Below are positions 1 through 12,324 of a stretch of DNA of 64,000 bases, piece after piece. This DNA is from Eledone cirrhosa (lineage: Eukaryota). A model generated the notes under the pieces. That model made no database searches and had not been told where the DNA came from. It saw only the letters and a list, made by a program, of their open reading frames with translations. The DNA is taken from assembly GCA_964016885.1 (NCBI GenBank), contig OZ024747.1:66960001-67024000 (forward strand), written 5' to 3'. The number at the start of each line of letters is the position of its first letter. Within the stretch, counting starts at the first letter, position 1. The position numbers and the translations under genes are program-made.

Positions 1-144
1 CGGGAATTATTAAATATCTCAGATTTAATCTATTCTATAATAAAATGTGTGTTTATATTAAATATTAATTAAATATATTTTTATTAAATTAAATCGGAAA
101 ATTTTGCTGAATTAAACTAGTTGTTAATGACCTTATTCGCATCC

Positions 145-367
145 GGTATATATATATATATATGGTATGTATATTTTTTTAAAATATATTCTGTTTATAT
201 ACACAGACACACACACACACATACACACACATACACACACACATATACACACACACACACATACAAACGCACACATACACACAAACATCCAATCACAAAA
301 TATATATGTATATATGTATATATGCGTATACACATGTATACATGCCTCCACACACGCAACACACGCA

Positions 368-461
<94 letters not shown>

Positions 462-810
462 TATATATATTTATATATATATTTATATATACCTATGTAT
501 CTATGTATTTATAAGCAAATGTGTAAGTGTCAGAATACAAATGTGTATGCGTGTTTTCGTGTGTGCAATCAGTTATAATTGAAGTTAATATTCATGAAAG
601 TAAATTACATTTAATCTACAGTGAAAATAAATGAAACAAAATGAAATAAACGAATTATGTTCATCGTTTCAAGTGAAAGGATTCCTGAGATTGATGGAAA
701 TTGAGGAAATTAAGGCGTTAATTCAATATATTATCAAAATAATTAATATACATACACATACATACACACACTCACACAGACCCAGATATTTATAGGCATA
801 CACACACACA

Positions 811-848
<38 letters not shown>

Positions 849-851
849 CAA

Positions 852-916
<65 letters not shown>

Positions 917-917
917 A

Positions 918-998
<81 letters not shown>

Positions 999-1019
999 AA
1001 TATGTGTATATATATATAT
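145..1019. repeat. Compound (TA)n/(CA)n microsatellite blocks
   Basis: Directly visible; these blocks generate the spurious IYIY/THTH ORFs. Confidence 0.95.
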
Positions 1020-3170
1020 CTCTTTTACCTGTTTCAGCCATCCGGCTGAGGCCATGCTGGGGCACCGCCCTTGCTGCTACACACTTTATCTCCAGCCTGT
1101 ATAGGTTGGCCACTGGTGTAGGAGGGAGTTTGTTGCTGCTGCCCTTAGGTTTCCCTCGTGTCTTGCTGTGGGCTCATCCGGGATCCTGGATAACAAGGTG
1201 TCGAGATGTTTCTTAAAGACATCCACCTCCACGTCATGCAAGTGTCGCAGATGCCTCGGCAGCCTGTTGAAGAGTTGAGGGCCCTTGAATCCCAGGCTAT
1301 TGCAATACCTGCTCCTTATTCTAGATGTGGAAGACGGGACCTTTGGCACCACACAGTGACGTCCTGTTCGACGGTTGGTCCAGCTCCCAATGCCAAAGTT
1401 TGGTGCTAGTCCCTCCAGGATTTTCCACATGTAGATCACTGCGTATCTCTCCCGTCTTCGCTCCAAGGAGTAGAGGTTCAGTTCCTTCAGCCTCTCCCAG
1501 TAGCTTGTCTCCCTCATCTTGGCAATCCTCTTGGTGTAGCTTCGCTGGATTGCCTCAAGCTCTGTGGTTAGTTTGACACTATGGGGTGACCACAGCTGGG
1601 AGCAGTAGTCCAGGCGGCTTAGGACAAAAGTCCTCCACAGTGTCAACATGGTGTCTCGATCTCTTGTAAGGAAAGTCCTCAAGATCCAGCCAGCGAATCG
1701 TCTACATGCTGTCGCCACCTTCATGATGTGTGAAGAAAAAGATGCATCATCGCTCATGTCTATGCCCAGGTCTCGTATCGATTTTGACACGGGGATATCG
1801 GTCCCTCCTGGTCCTGTGTAGCTGTGTTCCGCTATATTTGTGTTTGTGTTTGCAGGTTTGTATTGTAGGGCTTGGAATTTGCCAGCATTAAACTGCATGT
1901 TGTTTTCTTCCGCCCATCTGTATATGGCATCCAGATCCTGCTGTAAGAGGGCAGTGTCAGCCGGGTTTTTGATTGCCTGTGCTACCTTAGTGTCATCAGC
2001 ATAGCTAGTGAGGGATGTTGTTGCATGCACCACAGAGGGCATGTCCGAGAGAGCCACCAAAAACAGTAGTGGTCCCAGGACTGTCCCCTGAGGCACCCCA
2101 CTTGTTATCGGCGTTTCCCTCGAGAGAGCCCCATTTGCTGCGACTGCCTGGCTTCTGTCCCTCAGGAAGCCATGCAGCCACTCACCTACTTTCCCAGTTA
2201 TGCCGAGTCCGTGTAGTTTGTGACATATCATTCCGTGGTCGACCTTGTCAAAGGCCTTCGCAAAGTCAAGATATATCACGTCTACATGTGAGCTGTCTAG
2301 TAGCTGTCTCAGTACCCAGTCGTAGTGATGTAGCAGCTGTGTAAGGCAGCTTCTTCCTGGGCGGAAGCCATGTTGCGTGCTAGTCAGGCGGTCATTTTCT
2401 TCGAGGAAAGTGATTAGTTTCTTTCTGACGACTCGCTCCATGACCTTACTGATATGCGACGTCAGGGAGACTGGCCTATAGTTCTTGGCCTCCGCTCTAC
2501 TACCTCCTTTATGGATAGGGCATATTGTGCCTTCTTTCAGCTCCCTGGGTAGTACACCGCTAGCCAAGGAGCTTCTGAAGAGCATCTTCAGTGGAGTTGC
2601 TAAGGCCCGCTTACATATTTTTAGGAGAACTGCTGGGAATCCATCAGGTCCAGCAGCCGAGTCTGTTCTAATTTCATCAATGGCGTACACCACATCCTCC
2701 TCCGTTATGTCTATGTGGTTGATGGTTGCCATTTCTTGATGTAGTGTTGTGGCATCAAAGAACTCCTCTGGCTTCGTTATTTGCATGTGCCTCAGTGGAC
2801 ATGTGAAGACACTTTTGTACTGTTCATTCAGTATTTCACATATCTCTTGGGGATTTTCGGTTAATGAACCGTCCGTGTGGAAGAGTGGTCCAATCTTGCA
2901 GTGTACTGAGGCAGTTTCTTTTGCAAATTTAAAGAAGGCCTTAGGGTTTGTTTTAATGTTTTCTATGGCCCTGTTCTCTTTCCTTGCCCTCTCATTCTCA
3001 TGTGAAAGCTTGAGTGCAATCTCGGTGTCAAGTAGTGCACGTTTCAAATAGGATTCCTTCTTGTTTTGGTTTTGTTGACTATTCAACTGGTTTGAGAGTT
3101 TAGTTCTACGTCTCATAAGGATTTTCCTATCTCTGGGAATAAGATTTTTGTGTCTGTTTGCCTCTTTGTT
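1020..3170 (-). mobile_element. 5'-truncated CR1-group LINE with uninterrupted RT ORF (1086-3116)
   Basis: RT motifs AAGPDG, NYRPVSLTS, QHGFRPGRSC, YLDFAKAFDKVDH, GVPQGTVLGP, YADD; C-terminal LYSLERRRERY typical of CR1/L2-group elements; a short 3' UTR runs into (TA)n. Confidence 0.9.
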
Positions 3171-3231
3171 GATAGTGCAGTTTTAAATCAACATATCATG
3201 ATATGTTGATTTAAAACTGCACTATCAACAA
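3166..3231. repeat. Perfect 66-bp palindrome
   Basis: ttgttgatagtgcagttttaaatcaacatatca|tgatatgttgatttaaaactgcactatcaacaa; 33-bp arms, no spacer. Confidence 0.97.
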
Positions 3232-3263
3232 GTGTTTTTTAGCCTTCATATCATGTTCTCCTG

Positions 3264-3330
3264 TTTTATCTGATGAAAACACAAATATTATTGTTTGATG
3301 ATGTTTGTTTTTGAAATGCGCATAATAAAA
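3264..3330 (+). ncRNA. Type I hammerhead ribozyme motif (Penelope-type)
   Basis: ttttat-CTGATGA-[AT-rich stem II]-GAAA-tgcgca-TA-ataaaa; stem I ttttat/ataaaa, palindromic stem III. Confidence 0.8.
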
Positions 3331-3362
3331 TATATTGAACTCCTTTAACCATCTTTTGATCT

Positions 3363-3427
<65 letters not shown>

Positions 3428-3429
3428 AA

Positions 3430-3485
<56 letters not shown>

Positions 3486-3535
3486 TGTGTATACATATAT
3501 ATAAATATATGTAAACATATGTATATATAAAAATA

Positions 3536-3579
<44 letters not shown>

Positions 3580-3873
3580 GACAAATATGTGTATACATAT
3601 GTGTGAGTGCCTGTATGTGTATATATATATATACGTGTACATACGCACGCATATGTGCGTGTGTAGTTATCCATATGCAAATTGTACAGCGCTCATTCTC
3701 AAAGGGGTACTACTTCGTATCCACCATGCTCTTAGCAGTCACACAGACACGGTCCTTTTCTCGATTAAACCTCCGTCTTGGTCCAGCAAAACCAACAGGA
3801 TATATATAATAGCTGGAACGAATGCTGACTTCACCACCATAACACTGATATATTCTTTCTGAAACCCGAAATA

Positions 3874-4325
3874 ATTGTTTCTACTTTAAGCACAAGGCCA
3901 GCAATTACCCAGTACATTACTGGTACTTTATTTTATAGACCCCGTAATAATGAAATGCAAAATTGAGCCAATTGTTTCTACTTTGGGCATAAGGTCAGCA
4001 TTTATCCTAGTGCATTACTGGTGCTTTATTTTATCGACCTCATGAGGATGAAAGGCAAAGTCAACCTCGGCGGGATTTGAACTCAGACTGTAAGGGGCCG
4101 TAATTCTGTGCTGTAAAACGTTGGCGTCCGATACTGTTCGGAACAAATAATGGTTTCTACTTTTGGCACAAGGCCAGTAATTATCCAGTGCATTACTGGT
4201 ACTTTATTTTATCGACCCCGTAAGGATGAAAGACAAAGTTAACCTCCGCGGGATTTTAAAGGGACGTAACTATGCTAGAAAGTATGACATCCGACCCTCT
4301 ACTGATACTGCCAATTCACCACCCG
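3874..4325 (-). mobile_element. Three tandem copies of a tRNA-derived SINE (one partial)
   Basis: Repeated gtttctacttt..gcacaaggccag..cattactggtactttattttatcgacccc..ggatgaaaggcaaag core starting at about 3875, 3971 and 4150. Confidence 0.85.
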
Positions 4326-4989
4326 GAACAAATAATGAATACTCTTCTTACCCTGTTAAATAGACCTACAGACACAAACAGACACACTCAAATACAAGCT
4401 TTAGAAATCAGTACTTGTTAACTCAGGTTACATACAGCCACGATGAGTGAATATCAAAATGTATAAAATTCAGAAAATTATGCCATAACTGTAGGAGTAA
4501 CACTAAGTCAAGCGAGAACAGTTAATAAATCTCTCGTATGTGATGTTCCCTCTTATTACTTATGTAGGAAACTCTGATACTTCATTATACTGGAGCAACG
4601 TTGATATCAGAATGATATCCATATAGCTCGCTGGTACATTCAGGATTAACCATTTCAAGTCCTATAATATGTACATAGAACGGAAATGTGTTCAGATTTG
4701 TGGGGAGTTCCTATCTAATTTATATGCCGGTTTCAACCATGCTTAATTTGCTTTGTTGTTTCATTAAAGTATATATAATTTTAATTTATATTAAATTATT
4801 TGATATACGTATTCACTGACAAGGACTTTAATTAAGATCGAAACTCGATTAAGAATATTCATAATTTTTTTTTCAATTTACAGGAAAATACCTTATTTGA
4901 TATGTTTACATGTTGTATCTTCAATATCAATAAATATATGCACATTGACGTAGTCTCAGTTTACCATTGAAATATCTATTGGCTAGCAT

Positions 4990-5868
4990 GGAATTGCCTC
5001 GCCGCGTGCCGCGTTACAAATGTTTTGTCTTGCTTAATACAAGCTTCAACAGATTCTCAGGGTGGGTACCTTCCTTTGAATCATGCCCACCACTCTCATT
5101 CACCTTTCAACATGGGGTGGAAAGAAAATATTTTCCTTGACACCGGAGGGATTGGTCAAAGCCGAAAATGTCACTCTTCAGCACCTTCAACCGCGTCCAC
5201 TATGCAACATCTTTCGCATAGAAGACGGTGGGGAAATCTTTACAATGGATTCAGCTAATACCCGGATCTGTCCTACACGTGACAATAGCTGTTCGACACA
5301 AATTCACAGGTCAGAAATGCTTAGGCACTGGATGAATGCGTGCAGGACGGTTTTGTCTCCCTGCGTGCATCTCTGACATACTCAGCATACAGCACTTACA
5401 GTCTGTGGAATTTATCTTGAATGCGTAAGTCTCCCCCGGAGAACTGCCAGGCCAAGCACTTCTGGAAGTTTTCCATCTATTCTGGGCCGAAGGACCACCG
5501 AAAGAGTGTGGTTAATTGAACGTTATGAACACCCAGGGTCTTTTTAAGGATGTCGTCGGTTCTTCTCAGCGCTAGTTTTCAATAGCATGCCAAAATAGAT
5601 TTTTTACCGATCACAGGGCCAGCCTTGTAGATGGCATGAACGCTTGAAGATATTCCAGTTTCCAAACTCTTTCTCTCGGTCTTTGTTTGACCCAAGACTG
5701 CAGCTTCGGCAAGGAGATGAGCTGGGAAATTACTGCTCTGGCGAACGGCGGTCACACCTGTTCAACATCAAGGAAACGTTGGATGTGTTCTAGCCTCAGC
5801 GCATGTTTGCACATCATCATCCACAGACTACCCAGTCCTCCAAACAGCAGATGTTGACTGATGAACCG
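4990..5868 (-). mobile_element. Old degenerate Tx1-type LINE 3' fragment
   Basis: Reverse strand aligns by eye to the ORF2 C-terminus of the younger copies (CxRCxQGDxTVLHAxxQC, GGLGxxWxMM, RHALRL); many stops. Confidence 0.8.
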
Positions 5869-6136
5869 CCTAACAATTGATACGTGTCCTTTCTACAAAA
5901 GGCAAAAGTGTAGGTGCTCCACTGCGGTCAGACCTGAACCGGAGCAAGACACGATGGCTATTATTAAGATCAGCAAACTCATCAGAATCATCGCCATCAT
6001 TATTATTATTAATGGATAATCCTAATTTTAAAAAAGGAACTGAAGGAACTGAGTACAACGGATATTGTAAATAGGAATTAAAGTTGAATATAATGAAATA
6101 TAAATATTAAAATCTCAAAACTAAAAACAAAATAAG

Positions 6137-6249
<113 letters not shown>

Positions 6250-6489
6250 CAACAACAACAACCACAATAATAATAATAATAGAAACATTAACTACAGACA
6301 CAGCAGCAGCGACCACAGTAGTAATAACGGTAACAATACGAACAACAACAACAACAACCACAGTGGTGTTAATGGAAATAATACATGTAGCAACATTAAT
6401 GATAGACACAACAAAAACAAGAAACATAATAAAAGTAACAACCACAATGGTAGAAATAACAGTAACAACAACAATAACGGTGAAGTAAA

Positions 6490-6672
6490 CAACAATCACA
6501 GCAACAATACATCTAGAAATCATAACAACAATACATCTAACAATCACAGCAACAATACATCTAGCAATCATAACAACAATACATCTAGCAATCATAGCAA
6601 CAATACATCTAGCAATCATAACAACAATACATCTAACAATCACAGCAACAATACATCTAGCAATCATAACAA
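6490..6672. repeat. 24-bp minisatellite, about 7 copies (caatcataacaacaatacatctag)
   Basis: Tandem unit visible; gives the repeated IARCIVVM peptide in ORF 6107..6736. Confidence 0.9.
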
Positions 6673-6739
6673 TAATAATAATGCTAATGATAGGAACAAC
6701 AACAACCACCATAATAACAATATTAGCAACACACACAAC

Positions 6740-9496
6740 TATGACGATAGATATAATGACAACCCCTTAGAGAAAGTATTTTTCAACCCAGCTGACAAAA
6801 CATATAAGATGGGTAATATCTATCCTACGGGGTTACCCTTTAATAAAAGAGTTTGCATACCACAACAAATAGATGACGACACAGAGGCACAGTTCACCAT
6901 AGCTAGAAATAAGATTAGACAAATAGTAGACCGGTATACTAAGAAACAGAGCAGACCAGAGGCCCAACAACTTGGAAGGAAACCTGTAGAAGGCTTGGTT
7001 AGCCTCAAGCAGCGCACAAGGGATGGTGAGGTAGTATGTCTACCCACGGATAAGTCTGGTAGGATGTCAATAGATAGCATGCCGAACTACATCAAGGCTA
7101 TGCAACCCCACATCACCAACACGAGCGAAATTGCACAGCAAACACATGATGGGAGAGAGAAAATCCTCAACGCTCACATGATGATGTGGACCGACATCCT
7201 AAAGCCAAGCAGACGCACTAACAACAACTTCCAGGCGTCTAACAATGGCATACCACCCTTGTATGGGCTCCGCAAAGACCACAAGACAGTCGACGACCCG
7301 ACAACAGGACCACCAACAAGACCCGTATGCGGAGCAAATATAGCTAGCAACTACAGGATCTCCTACTTCCTCTCAATGGTTATACGCCCCATAATCAAGA
7401 TGTTCCCAGATGTATGTGACAGTACAGAGGACCTCCTCGGCAGAATCAGTGAGTGCAACAAAAACGGGAACCTATCCAACTGCATAATAGGCAGCATGGA
7501 TGTGGTATCACTGTACCCATCCATTAACATTGATTTTGCTGTGAAAAAATGTGTGGAGATGATCATTGAGAGTGAGGTGGAGTTCTGCGACGCCGACACA
7601 GACGAACTGGGCCTCCTACTTAGACTTATCTACGACACTGACTACCTAGACAGCTATGACCTTAGACGTTTCTGTCCTAGTAGACCCATAAGAGGTAGAC
7701 CCCCCACCATAACCTCAATGGCTAAAAAGACTCCCATGGGAAGGTGGATTGGGTGGACCAAAGCTATACGGACCCTCCAAAACAATGATCAGGTAAGAAA
7801 AATGGTCGCACATGCAATAGGGGCTAGTATCAAAACTACCCTAAAGGGCCACATATTCAAGTTCAACGAGAAGATCTACACCCAAAATGAGGGAGCAGCC
7901 ATTGGCGTCAGCATAGCTGGTGATGTTGCCAACATTTTTATGGTATGGTGGCAAAGGAGACTTAAAGATCTCCTTAATGAGAGCTCCATAGATCTCATCA
8001 TGTACTCTAGTTACGTAGACGATATCAATATAGTTATAAGAACATCCCCACTAGAGAGCACTAACAAGTTTGATTTAGAACGTAGCACAATGGAAAGAAT
8101 CCAGCAGATAGCTAATTCCATACACCAGAGTATAGCTGTAACTATCGACTACCCTTCCAAACACCCTAACAATAGACTACCTGTATTAGACACGGAACTC
8201 TGGATTAACACTATAGACGAGAGGGCCCAAATTCTCCACTCACACTATGCTAAACCCATGGCCTCCAAATACCTGATACTCAAAAACTCAGCAATGTCCA
8301 GTAATGCTAAGTTTAATATTCTGATCACAGATTTGGTACGAGTGATGAAGAATATGTCCCGCATGTGCGACCCAACAGAAATGGAAAGACACATCCAACA
8401 CTTCATCAACCGCATGCAGTTCTCTGGCTACAACCAAAGAGACAGAGTCAGAGTATACGAAGGAGCCATGGAGAAGTATAAGACCCTCATAGAACTGGAC
8501 ATGAAAGGAATTTGCCCATTATACAGGAGCAAATCATGGAATAGCTTAGATAGTGCTAGACATAAGATAGAGAAAGCCACCTCATGGTACGACAACCAGA
8601 GATACCAGAGTGTCATGTTTGTGGACGCTACCCATGGAGGGAAATTAGCTAACCAGTGTAGAAAGGCCCTGAGAAAGACCCACTTAAAGATTAAGGTGGT
8701 AGAAAAGCCAGCAACCACCATAAAATCCCTGATCAGCAAAACCTACCCTTTTAAGAAAACCCACTGTACTAATAGGAAATGTATCATATGTAAGGTAAAC
8801 CCCCGTATAAACTGTAAAACTAAAAACGTAGTCTATAGTATAAGATGTACAGAGGGTACTTGCAGAAACATGACAACATACATACATAGGCGAGACAGCT
8901 CGTAGCATTCATGAAAGGATAGACCAACACTGGGGTGAACTAAAAGGACGAAAAAACGGGTCAGTACTATACGAACATGCCAGACAACAACACGACGGTA
9001 ACGTAGACAACATAGAAATTAGAATAATATCTAAACATAGAAATGACCCAGCAGATAGGCAAATCAGAGAGGCCAGTGAAATAGAACTTAGAAGGCCAAG
9101 GCTAAACAGAAAGAATGAATGGAATAACAACAACACCCAAACAAACAACACTGACCTAAGAGAAGTATAAATAAATAAATAAATAAATAAATAAATAGAT
9201 AAATAAATAAATAGATACATACACAAGCACAATAACAACAAACGCATATAAACACACACTAGTAAAGATAGAATACATTAACCAATACACAGTCACCCAA
9301 TCACGAACACACATCAAACAAAACACTATACACACACGCAAACGCATGCGCAAAGAAGACAAAATAAAATAAACAAATAAATAAATATATAAACAGACTA
9401 AATAAAGATGGCGTAGAAAATACGCGTAGTAACGGGAGGAAACAATAGCACCACTGACGATGTTGCAGATGTGCAACGAAAGAACTTTGATAAACT
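6740..9496 (+). mobile_element. Penelope-like element (Neptune-like): RT, Cys-rich linker, frameshifted GIY-YIG endonuclease, 3' hammerhead
   Basis: PTDKSGR, LYGLRKDHK, RPV, SMDVVSLYPSI, YVDD, LPVLD; linker CTNRKCIIC..C; KNVVY..C. An acat duplication near 8876-8888 shifts YIGETARSIHER...RQIREA...LNRKNEW into another frame. Confidence 0.9.
9448..9495 (+). ncRNA. Hammerhead motif in the 3' pseudo-LTR of the Penelope element
   Basis: CTGACGA-t-gttgca-gatg-tgcaac-GAAA-gaac-TT; stem II is perfect, stem I is weak. Confidence 0.65.
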
Positions 9497-9684
9497 ATAT
9501 ATATGTGTTTGTGTCTATATTGTATCTGTATTATTTTTGACCGTTGGTCAGTCAATGGCAACATTGAGGACCGAATAAATTAGATTACCGATATAAAAGA
9601 CACAGAATCGAAAAGCGAAAACCAACCAAGCAATGAGTGTGTTCTGTTATTAATTCTGGCAATATTACACAAATATGACCCTCC

Positions 9685-9746
<62 letters not shown>

Positions 9747-10416
9747 CCCTATACCACAAAATGTAATTTAAAAAAATGGAATTTATTTTAATGATTAGTT
9801 CTTGTTGATTTTCTAGTTGCCAGGTGTCATGTGACGTATCATGTGATATATCTAATTTCGAATTATTAAAATGTACTCTATTGATTCCATCTTGCCGTTC
9901 ACACAAATATATTAATCCACAGAGACAAATCAATCAATAATTTGTCGTATTGAACTTTGTCATTTCTCAGAAGTTTTTCATGAAGAGCTTCTTACAGACA
10001 CATATCCACATACAAGCATCCATACATAGGCATACACACACTTACAAACATACATACAATTATACATTCATATTACATATAAAATAGGATACAGAATTGC
10101 TATATGTATGTGTGTATGTATGAATGTATGTATTTTTGTGTGCACCTATGTATGTGTGTATGACTTATATGTATGTTGGTATGTACATATATATGTAGCA
10201 ATTTCTTTATAAAATAAAGATATATTTCTCTTCATTCTTTTTTCATATGAATCAATCAATTCATAAAAAAAACTATGAGAAGACTCTAAGAAAGTGGTAT
10301 GTAGGCGCTTATATAAACATTCATTAATATATAGGCGCACACCTTTTCGTGGATACACATAGACATTCGTGCTGATACTTTCTTACAGACGCCATACATT
10401 CATACAACCATGTGTG

Positions 10417-10419
<3 letters not shown>

Positions 10420-10455
<36 letters not shown>

Positions 10456-10465
10456 CAGTGTGTGG

Positions 10466-10501
<36 letters not shown>

Positions 10502-10563
10502 GTGTGCGTGTGTGTATGTATGTATATATATATATATATATAGATAGATAGATAGATAGATAG

Positions 10564-10623
<60 letters not shown>

Positions 10624-10818
10624 GCGTGTGCGTGCGTGTGCGTGCGTGTTTGCGTCTGTGTATGTATATATAAATACATATATATACTCGCATATATGTA
10701 TATATATGTATACGGGCATACATACATACATACATACATACATACAAACATACATACATGCATACATGCACACAAACATTCATGCAAGCTTGTATACATA
10801 CATACATACATACATACA

Positions 10819-10850
<32 letters not shown>
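10420..10850. repeat. Compound (TA)/(TG)/(GATA)/(CATA) microsatellite
   Basis: Directly visible. Confidence 0.95.
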
Positions 10851-10851
<1 letters not shown>

Positions 10852-11129
10852 GATTGCTGCACTCTTTGAGATGTGGGGACAACGAATGAAGGGAAAAGTG
10901 TGAGTGTGGAGTATATGGGAAAGTGGGAGATAGAGGAAGAACAGGTTGGAGGGAGAGATTGATGTTTCAGGATACACCTCAGACACACATACGCATGTAT
11001 ACACTGACATACGCACGTATACGCAAACACCCACACCCACACAGATACACCTCATACACAACTTAGTTCTTTTATCCATTGAAACTGCACACGCAAACAT
11101 TCATTCCAATTTGCATACACGCATACACA

Positions 11130-11198
<69 letters not shown>

Positions 11199-11397
11199 AA
11201 AAAGAGATGAAATAGAAAATGCAACTGGAGTCTTATTTTTTTTTTAAATATGTCTATTTATTTGGTTCCTTTACCGGTTTCGCAGTTCTTCTGCTTTTCA
11301 AAAGGTGAGTTGAGATGGAGGGTCTGTGGTTTTTCTCACATCTGAATGTATATACAGTGTATTTTGCAATACACTGTATTTCAGAGCACCAATTCTA

Positions 11398-11448
<51 letters not shown>

Positions 11449-11451
11449 TGA

Positions 11452-11499
11452 GATTCTACAGGACTAGAACTGTTTCATTCTTTAGAAATCATCAGGAAT

Positions 11500-11500
<1 letters not shown>
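11452..11500 (-). ncRNA. Type I hammerhead ribozyme, isolated between microsatellites
   Basis: gattc-CTGATGA-tttctaaagaat-GAAA-cag ttctagtc ctg-TA-gaatc; all three stems pair. Confidence 0.85.
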
Positions 11501-11592
<92 letters not shown>

Positions 11593-11595
<3 letters not shown>

Positions 11596-12200
11596 AGGTC
11601 ACCAGTTGGTGCTACTGGTAACATGTATCCCAGTACAACCTGTCTCATGGTCGGGTCGTTGGCGACTAAACTGGCAACCCCACCAAGTTTTTTTGGTGAG
11701 GAGGGTGACTTTCGACATCCTGCAGGACTAAAAACAAAGCCTATCAAAGGGCAAAGGAGCTCTTAAGAGTCAGTGGCCATCCAAAATCACCGGGAGAGAT
11801 GACCCCTTAGCCTTTGTCAAGGCAGAATTCTAGGAGAAGGAAAACTCTGATATAACACCTGCAACCATGATGATATCCAATGATGTTGACTTGTTCTTCT
11901 TTTTGGTAAATATCATCTTGGTTAAGAGAGTGGGACTGGCTTTGTGCAGTGCCTTTGCTCACTATAAAAGCTTCACGGCACAGGAATTGCTTTATATCTG
12001 GAGATCTCTCTGCACTTGTTGTCACATGGTACCATGGGCCCAGCACTATGTGTCAGTAATTGTCACAAGTGTAGTGTTTGTACCAGAGTTTTCAAGTCGC
12101 TGGCTGGACTAAAATGTCACACTTGTTCAGTGCATCGGTAGGGGTTCTCCTACATGGATATAAAGTATTTGCTGTACTCGAAAACGAGTTGGCAGCCACC

Positions 12201-12202
<2 letters not shown>
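11593..12202 (+). mobile_element. Non-autonomous RTE-derived element, copy 1
   Basis: Highly similar to 33330-33899; RTE-like 5' UTR motif ctaggagaaggaaaactctga; the 3' part encodes a CSVCTRVFKSLAGLKCH zinc-finger relic; flanked by (TA)n. Confidence 0.7.
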
Positions 12203-12232
<30 letters not shown>

Positions 12233-12324
12233 TTGTGTATATATGTATATATATATAGAGAGAGAAAGAGCGACAGAGAGAGAAATGAAAAGAGAAATGT
12301 AGATAGATAGATAGATAGATAGAT

